A stretch of DNA of 47,486 nt from an uncultured archaeon (GCA_964632315.1 CAZWEM010000021.1:16564-64049); one strand, 5' to 3'. Shown: positions 27,619 through 38,337, counted from the first letter of the stretch. Numbers and translations: made by a program. The notes: generated by a model not told the origin, from the sequence alone.

Positions 27619-28872
27619 TCATTCACCGTATACATATTCATATTTGACAGACCTAACATTCGTGAATAAGAGTGTAATAACAACTGTAACAGCAATTAAG
27701 GAAGCAAAGGTTAAATAGAGGGGAATAATCCCTATTAACGCCGCTAGGCTACCAGCTACTAAATTACCGGGAGGTATAACAAACCATGCCAAAGATACGA
27801 CAATAGACATAACTTTTCCTTGCTTTTCTGCTGGAACATGTAACTGGATGATTGTTAAAAAGTTGGTATTGATCAACGGAGTCATTGCTGCACGTATCAT
27901 CCCACCTATACCTATCATCGTAAAGAAACCTATAGGAGAAAGTGCAGATATGAAGTAACCAATAACTGAGATAAGAATACAGCTCGTAATCACTAACACC
28001 CTATTTTTATAATCTTTTTTAATAGTGGCAATTACCGCTCCTATAATCATTCCAACTTGCATTAATACGACCACAAAAGCATAAGAATATTGATTTCCAT
28101 GATGAATATCTCCTACAAATACAGGCAATAATGTACCAAAAGGAACACCTAAAAAATTAACAATTGAGATAAGTATTAATAAAATTACAAGACCAGGTAC
28201 TTTTTTAAGTCCTCTGAGGCCTTCGCTAAAATCTCTAATAAAAGAAAATTTTTCCTCTTTACTATTTTTTTGTTTAATTTTAGGGATTTTAATCAAGATG
28301 AGGGGTATTAAAGCAAAGAAGAAGGTAATAATATCAACCCACAAGATGTCTGAAATTGGAAAGAAACCATAAAGAACTGCTCCTACAGCTGGACCAGCAA
28401 TTTGAACTAGTCCATTGAATCCGTAGTCAATTGCATTCATTCTACTTAAATTTTTTTTAGGAATCATTATTGGCATTATAGCTTTTACTGTTGGAAAATG
28501 AAAAGCTTGACAAACTCCGCGAAGGCTATTTATCAGAATCACAAGCACTACATTTTCAGCTCCAAAAAAGAAAATCAGAATTATAAAGAATGTAATAAGA
28601 GCTTGCATGGAATCAGCGATCATTATAACGTATTTTCGATTCCATTTATCAATGAAAACACCTGCAATCGGACTCAGAACTATCATCGGCAACATGTTTA
28701 AGAAATTTGCAAAACCGAGTAAAAAACTCGCTAAATTCTCATCAGGAGTGATTACTTTAATCCACCAAACTAGTACAAAACCTACTATTGATGAACCTAG
28801 TATGGATATTAGTTGACCTCCCCAAAAAAAAAGATAATTCTTAAAAGTATTACTCGAAGCTATAGAATTCAT
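27619..28872 (-). CDS. MFS transporter (MefA/H+-antiporter-like)
   Basis: GQLISILGS, AGVFIDKWNRK, about 12 TM helices, QGKV. Confidence 0.92.
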   Translation of the reverse strand: MNSIASSNTFKNYLFFWGGQLISILGSSIVGFVLVWWIKVITPDENLASFLLGFANFLNMLPMIVLSPIAGVFIDKWNRKYVIMIADSMQALITFFIILIFFFGAENVVLVILINSLRGVCQAFHFPTVKAIMPIMIPKKNLSRMNAIDYGFNGLVQIAGPAVGAVLYGFFPISDILWVDIITFFFALIPLILIKIPKIKQKNSKEEKFSFIRDFSEGLRGLKKVPGLVILLILISIVNFLGVPFGTLLPVFVGDIHHGNQYSYAFVVVLMQVGMIIGAVIATIKKDYKNRVLVITSCILISVIGYFISALSPIGFFTMIGIGGMIRAAMTPLINTNFLTIIQLHVPAEKQGKVMSIVVSLAWFVIPPGNLVAGSLAALIGIIPLYLTFASLIAVTVVITLLFTNVRSVKYEYVYGE

Positions 28873-29001
28873 TTTGCTTTATTACTAATGGGTAATGATA
28901 ATTTCTAAAATAACTTCTTATTTATGTAGTTTTTCCACTTGCAGTATGAATTGATTTTGAAGTAAAAAAAAGAGAAATAATTGTTATCATTTGAAAAAAA
29001 T

Positions 29002-30774
29002 TTATTTATAAAGAGGATCAGCTTCTTGTAGAGTCCTTCTTTCAACTTTTCCCATAATATTTTTTGGGATTTCATCAATAAATTCAATGATCGCCGGACA
29101 CTTCCATTTTGTGAGATTTTCCTCAGTCCAAGATATTAATTCTTCTTCGGAAATCTTTCCAACATATTCTGGTTTCAAAGCAACCCAAGCTTTAGTAATT
29201 TCCCCAACTTTTCCTTCAGGATCTGGTAATCCTGCTACAGCTGCCTCTGAAACAGCCTCATTTTTCATTAACATAGTTTCTACTTCTGTGGGAAAAACTG
29301 AATGGCCAGCAAGCTTAATTAATTGTTTTTTTCTATCTCTCAAGGCCACTGTTCCGTCATCATTCATAAATCCGATATCACCCGTTCTTAACCAAATTCG
29401 TCCATCCCATTCTTGTAGGGTTTGCTTAGTTTCTTCTGGTTGATTAAGATATTCCTTCATTACTTGAGGACCACAAACACATAATTCTCCACTATGTTCT
29501 TCTCCATATTTAGAATTAGGAAGCCCGTCAGCAATTGGACCATCTTCTAAAGTTGGAGCATTAGTGTCAAAAATTGCCCAATCTGTCCCTGGTAAAGGCA
29601 TACCTATAGTCCCAATTGGACTCTCTTCAAACAAATTTCCTGCACTTACTACGGGGCTTGCTTCCGATAATCCATATCCTTCGACAATTCTTCCTCCAGT
29701 ATTTTTCTCGAAAGCATCTCTTACAGGAGCATGCAACGGTCCCGCCCCAGAAACATTTAACCTAAATTTTCCCATTAAATCTGGAAATTTATCTAATTGA
29801 GGAAAATCGGCAATTCTTTTAAATAATATCTCCGCTCCTGCATAAGCCAATCCCTTTGGAGCTTCAATTTTATCTACTTCTTTTAAGAATTCTTCCGTTG
29901 GTGGAGGTCTTGGAAATAACATCATCCAACCTCCAATACCAATCGCTACATTCATGACAGCAGTCATAGCAAATGAATGAAAGAGCGGTAACGCTCCAAT
30001 ATCACCCATTCCAGGTTGTTCTCCTCCAAAAATTTCAACTACTTGCCTCACATTTGATACCAAGTTAAAATGAGTTAAAACCGTTGCTTTGGGGACTCCA
30101 GTTGTTCCTCCTGTCATTATATATGTGGCTGGATGCGAGGTTGGATCAAATTTAACATCTGGAAGATTATCTTCAGTTCTGATTAAATCCTTAAATTTAT
30201 ATGAAGGTTCAAAATCTACTTTTCCTTTAGGGATTTTACCTAATAACTTTCCTAAAACTCTCTTAAAACCTAATCCTGTAGCTAAATCTGCTATGTTTGT
30301 AGATATTATAAACTCTAAATTTTTTTTTTCTATGATCGGAGCTACTAATTCTTCATACAAAGCATCAAGCACGATTAAAATTTTTGCATCAGTTACGTCT
30401 AAATGATGCAATACTTCTAAGGGTTTATACGTCGGATTAATTCCTGTTGCTATCGCCCCCAATTTTACACAAGCATAAAAAACTATGACATACTGGAAAC
30501 AATTAGGTAATAAAATTGCAATTACATCTCCTTCTCTGATTCCTAATTTATAGAGAGACGTGGCCATTACATCAATTAATTTGCCCGCTTCTTCATAAGT
30601 CATCCAAGTTTCAAGAAACCGCATTATATATTCATTAGGATACTTTTGACGTTGAGTTTCAAAAAATTCACTAAGACTGATTTCCTTGAAATCAACGTTA
30701 AATGGCACGCCTTTAGGCCACCATTTATGAAACCATGCTTTTCTTTCGTTAACTTGCCATTTCGTCATTTTCAT
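29002..30774 (-). CDS. long-chain fatty-acid--CoA ligase
   Basis: TGGTTGVPK, EGYGLSEASP, GPQVM, LRTGDIG, DRKK, GKV. Confidence 0.95.
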   Translation of the reverse strand: MKMTKWQVNERKAWFHKWWPKGVPFNVDFKEISLSEFFETQRQKYPNEYIMRFLETWMTYEEAGKLIDVMATSLYKLGIREGDVIAILLPNCFQYVIVFYACVKLGAIATGINPTYKPLEVLHHLDVTDAKILIVLDALYEELVAPIIEKKNLEFIISTNIADLATGLGFKRVLGKLLGKIPKGKVDFEPSYKFKDLIRTEDNLPDVKFDPTSHPATYIMTGGTTGVPKATVLTHFNLVSNVRQVVEIFGGEQPGMGDIGALPLFHSFAMTAVMNVAIGIGGWMMLFPRPPPTEEFLKEVDKIEAPKGLAYAGAEILFKRIADFPQLDKFPDLMGKFRLNVSGAGPLHAPVRDAFEKNTGGRIVEGYGLSEASPVVSAGNLFEESPIGTIGMPLPGTDWAIFDTNAPTLEDGPIADGLPNSKYGEEHSGELCVCGPQVMKEYLNQPEETKQTLQEWDGRIWLRTGDIGFMNDDGTVALRDRKKQLIKLAGHSVFPTEVETMLMKNEAVSEAAVAGLPDPEGKVGEITKAWVALKPEYVGKISEEELISWTEENLTKWKCPAIIEFIDEIPKNIMGKVERRTLQEADPLYK

Positions 30775-30876
30775 TACTTTTTTTATCTATTTTTATAAAG
30801 AATTCCGGTTTAAAGACTTTAAGTGACTCTGATTTAAAAACTTTATAATTATATTAAAGTATGATTCACCAAGTTT

Positions 30877-31986
30877 TTATAAATCTTTGGTGATTTTTGT
30901 AGAGAATTTAAATTTACCGGGTTCTATACCTTTTAATTCGGCAATTTTATAAAAAATAAGCTGCAAAATAATTATCTCATAAATTGGAGCTAAAAAAGAA
31001 TCTTTCACATCATAATAGTATCTCATAATCTTTTTCCCATCGTGCAAATTAACCAGATCTTCGTCAAAATCTTGGTTTGTTATGTGGAGCAATTTTTCAA
31101 AACTCCATTCTTTTAATTGTTGTATAAATTTGGCATTATAATCTAAATTCGCACCATCTGATGTAAGAAGAATAATTTTGGTATTATCCTTTAAGCATTC
31201 GATTCCACCGTGCCGGAAGTTTGATACTGATTGGGCTTCGGAATATGATTTGATAATTTCTTTACAATTTAAAGCTGCTTGATGAGCAGTTACGATTGAA
31301 GAACCCCTTGCTAAAATCTCTATGAATTCAAAATCCTCCCCAAAATTAGGAACTACATTTTCCCAAATTTCATTTATTTCTTTTTCATTCTCTAATAGTT
31401 TTTGTACTTTCTCAATTAAATTTCTTATATTTTGAACTTCACCTTCACTATTAAAGAATTCTCCAACAATAGTTTTAGACATAATATAAAGTATTAATAA
31501 GGTACATACATAGGTAGTTGTTGTTACTGATAATTCTTCGTCGATATTCATAAAAATTTGTAATTCTGTCATATAGGCTAAATAACTATCTGGATCATTT
31601 GTAATCCCTATTGTTAATGGCTTCACCTTGATAGAATTAATTTTTCTAAGTAATTCTCTTATTTCTCCTGACTTGCCGGATTGAGAAATGAGAATGATTC
31701 CAGTGTCTTTAAAAGATTCTTGCCTTGATTTTGGGAAAGTGTTAAAGAGGAATTCTCCTGCTTCTCGTATCTCTACGGCAATTCCATTTTGATTTAAGAA
31801 GTAATAAGGTAAATAGGATGCAATATAACTAGAACCCATCCCTGTAAATATGAGTTTGGTGACTCCACCCTTTTTGATGAAATCTTTGACTTTCAAAAAT
31901 TGTGGTTTTCCAGCTGAAAGTATATATTGAAAAGTGTTTTCGAGTGCTTTGACTTGAGACAAGATTTCTTTTAGAAACAAATTCAT
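30877..31986 (-). CDS. double-SIS-domain sugar-phosphate isomerase/deaminase (GlmS C-terminal-like)
   Basis: EILSQ, GMGSS, ISQSGKSGE, ALNCKE, FRHG, TKIT. Confidence 0.9.
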   Translation of the reverse strand: MNLFLKEILSQVKALENTFQYILSAGKPQFLKVKDFIKKGGVTKLIFTGMGSSYIASYLPYYFLNQNGIAVEIREAGEFLFNTFPKSRQESFKDTGIILISQSGKSGEIRELLRKINSIKVKPLTIGITNDPDSYLAYMTELQIFMNIDEELSVTTTTYVCTLLILYIMSKTIVGEFFNSEGEVQNIRNLIEKVQKLLENEKEINEIWENVVPNFGEDFEFIEILARGSSIVTAHQAALNCKEIIKSYSEAQSVSNFRHGGIECLKDNTKIILLTSDGANLDYNAKFIQQLKEWSFEKLLHITNQDFDEDLVNLHDGKKIMRYYYDVKDSFLAPIYEIIILQLIFYKIAELKGIEPGKFKFSTKITKDL

Positions 31987-32051
31987 AATTTATTATAAAA
32001 AGAAATAAAAGATAAAATTAATTTAATCAACTCAGATACGAGGAAAATATA

Positions 32052-32405
32052 ATGACATGTATACATGGTTTAGATGAAATTAATTGTCCCACTTGTCGAT
32101 TATTAAGATCTACAATGCCATTCAATGCAATTAATAAACTTGAACATAATGAAAATGATTTTAGGTCAAAAAACTACTTGTTTGAGAAAAATATATCATT
32201 AAAAGAGAATTTTTATAAAGATCTTAACAATAAAAAATTAAATAAACCAAACTTCCTTCAACAAATTCCTGAACTGACGAAATTCGGTGAGATTCCAAAC
32301 TATTCAAACTCTCTTTTTGATGAACGTTTAAGGGTGTCAAAATTTCACGAAAAAGCTCCTAAACCTAAGGTTGAAATTGATAAGCATGAAATAGAGTTAG
32401 ATTAG
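32052..32405 (+). CDS. hypothetical protein with N-terminal CxH-x6-CxxC metal-binding motif
   Basis: MTCIHGLDEINCPTCR; GAGG upstream of the ATG. Confidence 0.7.
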   Translation: MTCIHGLDEINCPTCRLLRSTMPFNAINKLEHNENDFRSKNYLFEKNISLKENFYKDLNNKKLNKPNFLQQIPELTKFGEIPNYSNSLFDERLRVSKFHEKAPKPKVEIDKHEIELD

Positions 32406-32486
32406 AAAAATCTCTTATAAAATTCTATCAAAAGATTCTTATAAATTTAAGAGTAATATTTTTAGTTGTATTTTGAATTATTATAA

Positions 32487-33128
32487 ATGATAAAAATGCA
32501 AATCACTTGGCTAAATCACGCAGCTTTTAAGATTAAAACTGATTCAGGTACCCTAATTTATTTAGATCCATATAAGATTAAAGAAGATGAAAAAGCAGAT
32601 GTAATTATCTCATCTCATACTCATGGGGACCACTTTTCGAAATCTGATATCAAGAAAATATGGAAAGAAAATACGATTTTAATTGGTCCTAAAAGCATAG
32701 AGAAGGATTTAAAAAAATTTAATGGAAAAGCTTTAAAGATTGGTGAAAAATTTTCATATAAAGACATTGAGATTGAACTATTTCCAGCTTATACTTTTAA
32801 AAAAAGTACTCATCCAAAAAGTAATGAATGGTCGGGCACAATAATAAAATCTGGAGGGAAAATCGTTTATCATGCCGGGGATACCGAGAGGATACCAGAG
32901 ATGAAAGATTTAGATAGTCGAAATATCACCGTGGCAATGTTACCTTGCGGAGGTACATATACCATGGATTTTGAAGAAGCAACAGATGCAGCTATGGATA
33001 TAAAACCAGAAATCTTAGTTCCAATGCATACTTGGGGAGCTGATTTAAACGAATTTAAAAAATTGATGAATAACAAGGATCCAAGTATAAAAGTAGAAAT
33101 TCTTGAAAAAAAATCTCTTGAGATATAA
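32487..33128 (+). CDS. MBL-fold metallo-hydrolase (UlaG-like), paralogue 1
   Basis: HAAF, LDPY, SHTHGDH, YHAGDT, GGTYTM, PMH. Confidence 0.92.
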   Translation: MIKMQITWLNHAAFKIKTDSGTLIYLDPYKIKEDEKADVIISSHTHGDHFSKSDIKKIWKENTILIGPKSIEKDLKKFNGKALKIGEKFSYKDIEIELFPAYTFKKSTHPKSNEWSGTIIKSGGKIVYHAGDTERIPEMKDLDSRNITVAMLPCGGTYTMDFEEATDAAMDIKPEILVPMHTWGADLNEFKKLMNNKDPSIKVEILEKKSLEI

Positions 33129-33350
33129 GGTGTAAATGTATGGTTGAAATTACATGGTTAAAACATGCTGCTTTCAAATTAAAGACAGAATCTGGTAAAA
33201 ATATTTATCTTGATCCGTATCAACTTCCTGACAATCTGGAGAAAGCTGATATAATCATTACTAGCCATGAACACGGAGATCACTTTTCGAAATCTGATAT
33301 CAAGAAAATATGGAAAGAAGACACGATTTTAATTGGTCCTAAAAGCATAG
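32631..33350 (+). repeat. near-identical 70-bp direct repeat shared by the tandem paralogues (32631-32700 and 33281-33350)
   Basis: 68 of 70 positions identical by direct comparison. Confidence 0.9.
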
Positions 33351-33799
33351 GGGAAAAATTGAAAGAATTTAACGGTAAGGGATTTGATCTATATAAATCA
33401 TTTGAGCTTCAAGGAATTAAATTTGAGTTTGTACCAGCATATAATATCAAAAGAATGAGACCGGGGACTAATGAAACATTTCATCCTCAAAATAACAAGT
33501 GGGCAGGTTCAATTATCGAGGTTGATGGAAAGATAATATATCACGCGGGAGATACAGAAAGAATTCCAGAAATGAAGGATTTGAGGAAAAGAAATATTGA
33601 TGTGGCAATGTTACCTTGCGGAGGCACATATACAATGGATTTTAATGAATCAAGCGATGTAGCGGTTGACATAAAGCCCAAAATCGTAATTCCAATGCAT
33701 AATTGGAAAGAAGATGTCAATAAATATATTAAAATCCTTGCCGATAAGGACCCAGAGATTAAAGTGGAAACTTTAGAGAATAAGATATTAAAAATTTAA
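33140..33799 (+). CDS. MBL-fold metallo-hydrolase (UlaG-like), paralogue 2
   Basis: HAAF, LDPY, SHEHGDH, YHAGDT, GGTYTM, PMH. Confidence 0.92.
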   Translation: MVEITWLKHAAFKLKTESGKNIYLDPYQLPDNLEKADIIITSHEHGDHFSKSDIKKIWKEDTILIGPKSIGEKLKEFNGKGFDLYKSFELQGIKFEFVPAYNIKRMRPGTNETFHPQNNKWAGSIIEVDGKIIYHAGDTERIPEMKDLRKRNIDVAMLPCGGTYTMDFNESSDVAVDIKPKIVIPMHNWKEDVNKYIKILADKDPEIKVETLENKILKI

Positions 33800-33891
33800 T
33801 GTTAAACTTTTTTTTATTTAAAAAGAATCTTTAATAATAGGAAGTATCATTAAAGTTATATAACTAGAAATTTAAAGAAGTGTGAAAAAGA

Positions 33892-35610
33892 ATGGAATTT
33901 AATGACGCACTAAAAGAAAACACATTAATTGCATATATCTCAATGGAAATTGGAGTAGAGAGTAATATCCCAACATATAGTGGAGGTTTAGGAGTCCTAT
34001 CAGGTGATACTGTAAGGTCAGCTGCAGATTTAGAAATCCCCATGGTAGCAATTTGCTTATGCTACAGTTCAGGTTATTTTTACCAATTATTTAATGAGAA
34101 GGGAGAGCAAAAAGAAAAGGAAATCGAATGGAACTTTTTTTATGAATTCGAAAAAGTAGATAATCCAATTAAGATAAAGATTGAGAACAAAGAAGTAATG
34201 GTAAGCGCTTGGAGATACCAAGTTATTGGGCAATCTGGTCATATCATTCCTGTATATCTACTAACGACTGATGTGGAAGGTAATGAAGAATGGATGAAGA
34301 AGATGACAGGCTCCTTATATGATTCAACATCTCGATGGAATCGAATTGTTCAAGAATTTATTTTAGGAATTGGAGGAGTCAAGTTATTAAAAGCCCAAGG
34401 GTACAATAATTTAGAAGTCTATCATCTCAATGAAGGTCATGGTTCTTTTTCGACAGTAGAACTTTATAATGAATTAGGAAATTTAGATGAAGTAAGAGAT
34501 AAGGTAGTTTTTACTACACATACTCCTGTCCCCGCGGGACACGATCGATTCGATGAAAAATTAGTCAAAAAAGTATTTGAAAATCGATTCCCTACTGAAT
34601 TGAGAAAACTTGCTGATGACAATGGTGTTCTCAATATGACATTTCTAGGAATGAATGCTTCACGCTATAGAAATGCTGTTTCAAAGAAGCACGGTGAAAT
34701 ATCTAAACAAATGTTTCCCAAAAATAATTTAGATTACATAACTAATGGAATTCATTTGCCATTCTGGATATCAAAACCTATAAGAAAAATGTTTGACAGA
34801 AAATGGCCAAATTGGAGAGCTAATCCAAAATTGCTTCAGAATGCCATTGAATTAGATGACTTAGAAGTTTTTGATGCTCACATAGAAAATAAATTCAATT
34901 TAATTAATTATCAGAAAGGACATTCATACAACTTGCTCGATGAAGAACTCATAACATTCGGATTTGCCCGTAGATTCGCAACTTATAAACGAGCTATATT
35001 AATCTTTCATGATATTGATAGATTGGGAAAAATTTGTCAAGGAGAAGCACAATTTATTTTTGCAGGCAAAGCTCATCCAAAAGATTTACAAGGTAAAGAA
35101 TATATTAAAAAAATTTATGAATCCGCAGAATATCTTTACGATAATTACAGAGTCAAAGTTGTTTTGATGGAAAACTATAACATGGATTTAGCTCACATGC
35201 TTGTTTCTGGTGTAGATGTTTGGTTAAATACCCCTGAAAGGTATCGGGAAGCAAGCGGAACAAGCGGTATGAAAGCTGCATTAAATGGCGTCTTAAATTG
35301 TAGCATTTTAGATGGGTGGTGGCTTGAAGGATATCGCATGAATCCTATGGCTGGTTGGGCTATTGGCCCCGATGACTCTAATCCAAAAGATCCTGGAGTA
35401 TCTAATGATTGGAAACTTGATTCCAACGCTTTTTATGATATATTGGAAAAAGAAATAATTCCGACATACATGAATCATGATGAGTGGCTCTTCCGCTCAA
35501 AGAATGCGATCTCATTAGCCAGCTACTTTAATTCCCACAGAATGGTGGAAGATTACGCTGAAAAAGCGTATTTGTTGAAAAAACAAAAACCATGGAAATT
35601 TGAAAAATAG
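33892..35610 (+). CDS. glgP: alpha-glucan (glycogen/maltodextrin) phosphorylase
   Basis: YSGGLGVL, HLNEGH, FTTHTPVPAGHD, ARRFATYKR, EASGTSGMK (PLP lysine). Confidence 0.96.
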   Translation: MEFNDALKENTLIAYISMEIGVESNIPTYSGGLGVLSGDTVRSAADLEIPMVAICLCYSSGYFYQLFNEKGEQKEKEIEWNFFYEFEKVDNPIKIKIENKEVMVSAWRYQVIGQSGHIIPVYLLTTDVEGNEEWMKKMTGSLYDSTSRWNRIVQEFILGIGGVKLLKAQGYNNLEVYHLNEGHGSFSTVELYNELGNLDEVRDKVVFTTHTPVPAGHDRFDEKLVKKVFENRFPTELRKLADDNGVLNMTFLGMNASRYRNAVSKKHGEISKQMFPKNNLDYITNGIHLPFWISKPIRKMFDRKWPNWRANPKLLQNAIELDDLEVFDAHIENKFNLINYQKGHSYNLLDEELITFGFARRFATYKRAILIFHDIDRLGKICQGEAQFIFAGKAHPKDLQGKEYIKKIYESAEYLYDNYRVKVVLMENYNMDLAHMLVSGVDVWLNTPERYREASGTSGMKAALNGVLNCSILDGWWLEGYRMNPMAGWAIGPDDSNPKDPGVSNDWKLDSNAFYDILEKEIIPTYMNHDEWLFRSKNAISLASYFNSHRMVEDYAEKAYLLKKQKPWKFEK

Positions 35611-35627
35611 CTTTTTGAATATCAAAA

Positions 35628-36131
35628 TTATTTTTTACAATCTAATGCAATAAATGGTCGAATTTTTACAAAATCTTCTTTATTTTGCTTCTTTAAGTAA
35701 TCTTCGAACACTTGTTTAAATATTGATTCCATCATATCAATTCCAGCAACCAATCCTTCGTTATCTTTAGTTAATAATAACATGTAGCTTGAAGTGGATT
35801 CTAAAAGGAAACATCCAGGTTTTAATTCAACATTTCGGTTATCACTTATAATTTTAGTTGCACCAGTGATCGTATTATTATCTGTGAACAAAATAATCAT
35901 AAATTCATTAGATAATTCTCCCGATAGATAAGAATCTCTTATCCCTGAGGCAAGGAGTGGTGTACCAGTATACTTCTGAAATAAGTACTGCAATCGGTTT
36001 AATTCCTTTCTGAATTTATTTTTATTATGAAAAAAGTTTAATTCATTGTTCAAAGCTAAGGGTTCTGCTTCAAGATACTTGATTGAATTTGGATCTTGGC
36101 TAAATTCGAATTTTTTTAAATATTCTGACAT
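35628..36131 (-). CDS. hypothetical protein resembling the non-catalytic N-terminal domain of GH20/GH84 hexosaminidases
   Basis: GCFLLE...MLLLTKDNEGLVAGIDMMESI...IRPFIALD parallels EGYxL...IxIxAxDxxGLFYGxQTLxQL...IPxxxIxD. Confidence 0.55.
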   Translation of the reverse strand: MSEYLKKFEFSQDPNSIKYLEAEPLALNNELNFFHNKNKFRKELNRLQYLFQKYTGTPLLASGIRDSYLSGELSNEFMIILFTDNNTITGATKIISDNRNVELKPGCFLLESTSSYMLLLTKDNEGLVAGIDMMESIFKQVFEDYLKKQNKEDFVKIRPFIALDCKK

Positions 36132-36239
36132 GCTAAATTTTTTCTCTTAACTATAATTTAAATTAATAAAACTAATGATAAGTCTGTTATTTAACAAAAA
36201 GACAGTTTTTATAAAAATTTCTTCTTTATAATAAAAAAT

Positions 36240-37259
36240 TTGATAGTTAAAAACATGAAGCTAGGTAATATTCGGTTAAATAATAATCTCATACTCGCGC
36301 CCATGCAAAATATATCTACTAGTCCTTTTAGGAGGTTTTGCAGGCATGTATCAAAAGAAATCGGATTAGTGTGCATACCAATGCTATATACTAAGAGGAT
36401 TGTACAGAAACCAGAATCGGTAGAAAGTGAATTAATAAAAATTGAAGAAGAACACCCCATTAGTTTACAATTAATTGGATCAGATGTAGTTGATTTAAAA
36501 AAGTCCATAGAATTTCTTGAAAGTTATAAGCACGATTTTCTTGACTTAAATGCTGGATGTCCTTCGAAAAGAGCATTAGTTGCTAAAGAAGGAGGATATT
36601 TAATGAAAGATTTTAAAACTTTAAATGCCTTGATTAGAACTGCTGTAAAATATTCATCAAAACCAGTGTCTATAAAAATAAGAACCGGTTATTCGGATAA
36701 TTTTGAAATCAATGATTTTGCTTCAATACTAAATGATAGTAATGTTCAATATATATCAATACATGGAAGAACAGTCAAAGAAAGATTTCAGAATTCCAAA
36801 ATAGATTACGAATTCATTAAAAAGCTAAAATGTGCATTGAAAATTCCACTCATAGGGAATGGAGATATTTTTTCTCCCTTAAATGCAAAATTCTTTATAG
36901 ATAACACCGGGGTTGATGGTCTAATGATTGGAAGGGGATGTATCGGGTTTCCAGAAATTTTTTCTCAAATTAATAAATATCTGAATAATATTGAAATTGA
37001 ACCTTTTCAAAATAATTTGATTAAAATGAAAAGAAATATAAATATTTATGAAGAAATACTCGATGAATTTCTGAATAATGGAGTAGATTTAGGATATCCA
37101 AATGATGTATTTAAATTCACTGAATTGTATAGGAATTCTATCTGGCTCTCAAAGGGAATTAAAAATTCTACAGAAATTCGGAAAAATTTATCTAAAACCA
37201 AAAATCTTAGAGAGTTAAAAAGAGAGTTTGAAAACATTTTTAATTCAAGTGTTTCGTAA
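36240..37259 (+). CDS. dus: tRNA-dihydrouridine synthase
   Basis: LAPM, LQLIG, LNAGCP (catalytic Cys), SIKIRTG, IHGRT, IGNGDI, MIGRG; ATG 36255 probable start. Confidence 0.93.
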   Translation: MIVKNMKLGNIRLNNNLILAPMQNISTSPFRRFCRHVSKEIGLVCIPMLYTKRIVQKPESVESELIKIEEEHPISLQLIGSDVVDLKKSIEFLESYKHDFLDLNAGCPSKRALVAKEGGYLMKDFKTLNALIRTAVKYSSKPVSIKIRTGYSDNFEINDFASILNDSNVQYISIHGRTVKERFQNSKIDYEFIKKLKCALKIPLIGNGDIFSPLNAKFFIDNTGVDGLMIGRGCIGFPEIFSQINKYLNNIEIEPFQNNLIKMKRNINIYEEILDEFLNNGVDLGYPNDVFKFTELYRNSIWLSKGIKNSTEIRKNLSKTKNLRELKREFENIFNSSVS

Positions 37260-37283
37260 TTAACCCTCAGATTTAATTAAATC

Positions 37284-38309
37284 TTAAAATTCTTTATATT
37301 TCTGTAATAATTTTTCAGGGGTAAAGACTCCATGTTCGGTTATAATCCCTGTAACTAATCGGAATGGTGTAATATCAAAGGCATAGTTCAAACACTCGAC
37401 TTCATTGGGTACTATTTGTACTTTTCCTAGTATATTACTTACTTCTGAACTATCACGTTGTTCAATAGTAACATCATCGATTGTTTCATTAAGAGATAGC
37501 GTGGAAGAGGGAACTGCAACGTAAAAAGGTATGTTATTGTCATGAGCCGCTAAGGCAACCAGATAAGTGCCAATTTTATTAAACACAGCATCAGAAGTAA
37601 CTCGATCAGCACCAACAATAACTATATTTATCTTTCCTAATCGCATTAAAAGTCCTGAAGATGTATCTGTAATTACCTTTACAGGAATTTTGTCATAATT
37701 CAATTCATAGGCGGTTAACCTAGCTCCTTGTAATCTAGGTCTAGTTTCATCTGCAATCACAGATATTTTTTTTCCTTCTTCTACAGCTGCCCTAATGGGG
37801 GCAAGAGCAGTACCGTATTGAACTGTTGCTAGCGAACCAGCATTGCAATGAGTTAATACAACATCTCCATCATATAATAGAGCAGAACCATATTTTCCGA
37901 GACTTTTATTAACGGTAATATCTTCTTGAGCCATTATTTTAGATTCTTCAATTACTAATTCGGAAATTTCTAGTGGATTATCGGGAGATTCACTTATTAT
38001 TTTCCAAATCCTATTTACTGCCCAAAATAAATTAGATGCTGTAGGTCTTGTATTTCTAATGATGTTTGCGGCTTCTTCCATTGACTTTAGGAATTCTGTT
38101 TTAGAGAGATCTTTATATTCAATTGTGGCTAAAGCCATTCCCATTGCAGCGGTCACGCCAATCGCAGGAGCTCCTCGTATTTTCATCACCTTAATTGAAT
38201 TTGCTACATCTCGAAAATCATCAAATTCCAAGAATTTTAATTCATGAGGTAATAAAGTCTGATCTATCATCTTGACTTTATTATTTATCCATTCAATCGA
38301 CGGAATCAT
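37284..38309 (-). CDS. mtnA: S-methyl-5-thioribose-1-phosphate isomerase
   Basis: DQTLLP, RGAPAIG, RPTA.NL, THCNAGSLAT, ETRPRLQGARLT, GADR, NKIGT, FDITP. Confidence 0.94.
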   Translation of the reverse strand: MIPSIEWINNKVKMIDQTLLPHELKFLEFDDFRDVANSIKVMKIRGAPAIGVTAAMGMALATIEYKDLSKTEFLKSMEEAANIIRNTRPTASNLFWAVNRIWKIISESPDNPLEISELVIEESKIMAQEDITVNKSLGKYGSALLYDGDVVLTHCNAGSLATVQYGTALAPIRAAVEEGKKISVIADETRPRLQGARLTAYELNYDKIPVKVITDTSSGLLMRLGKINIVIVGADRVTSDAVFNKIGTYLVALAAHDNNIPFYVAVPSSTLSLNETIDDVTIEQRDSSEVSNILGKVQIVPNEVECLNYAFDITPFRLVTGIITEHGVFTPEKLLQKYKEF

Positions 38310-38337
38310 AGAATATTAAATCTATCCTAGCTTAAAA

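Noticed and set aside
30093-30100. GGACTCCA, a partial copy of the ESCRT promoter palindrome
   Set aside because: Inside the conserved TTGVPK codons of the acyl-CoA ligase, imperfect palindrome, no adjacent TATA box.
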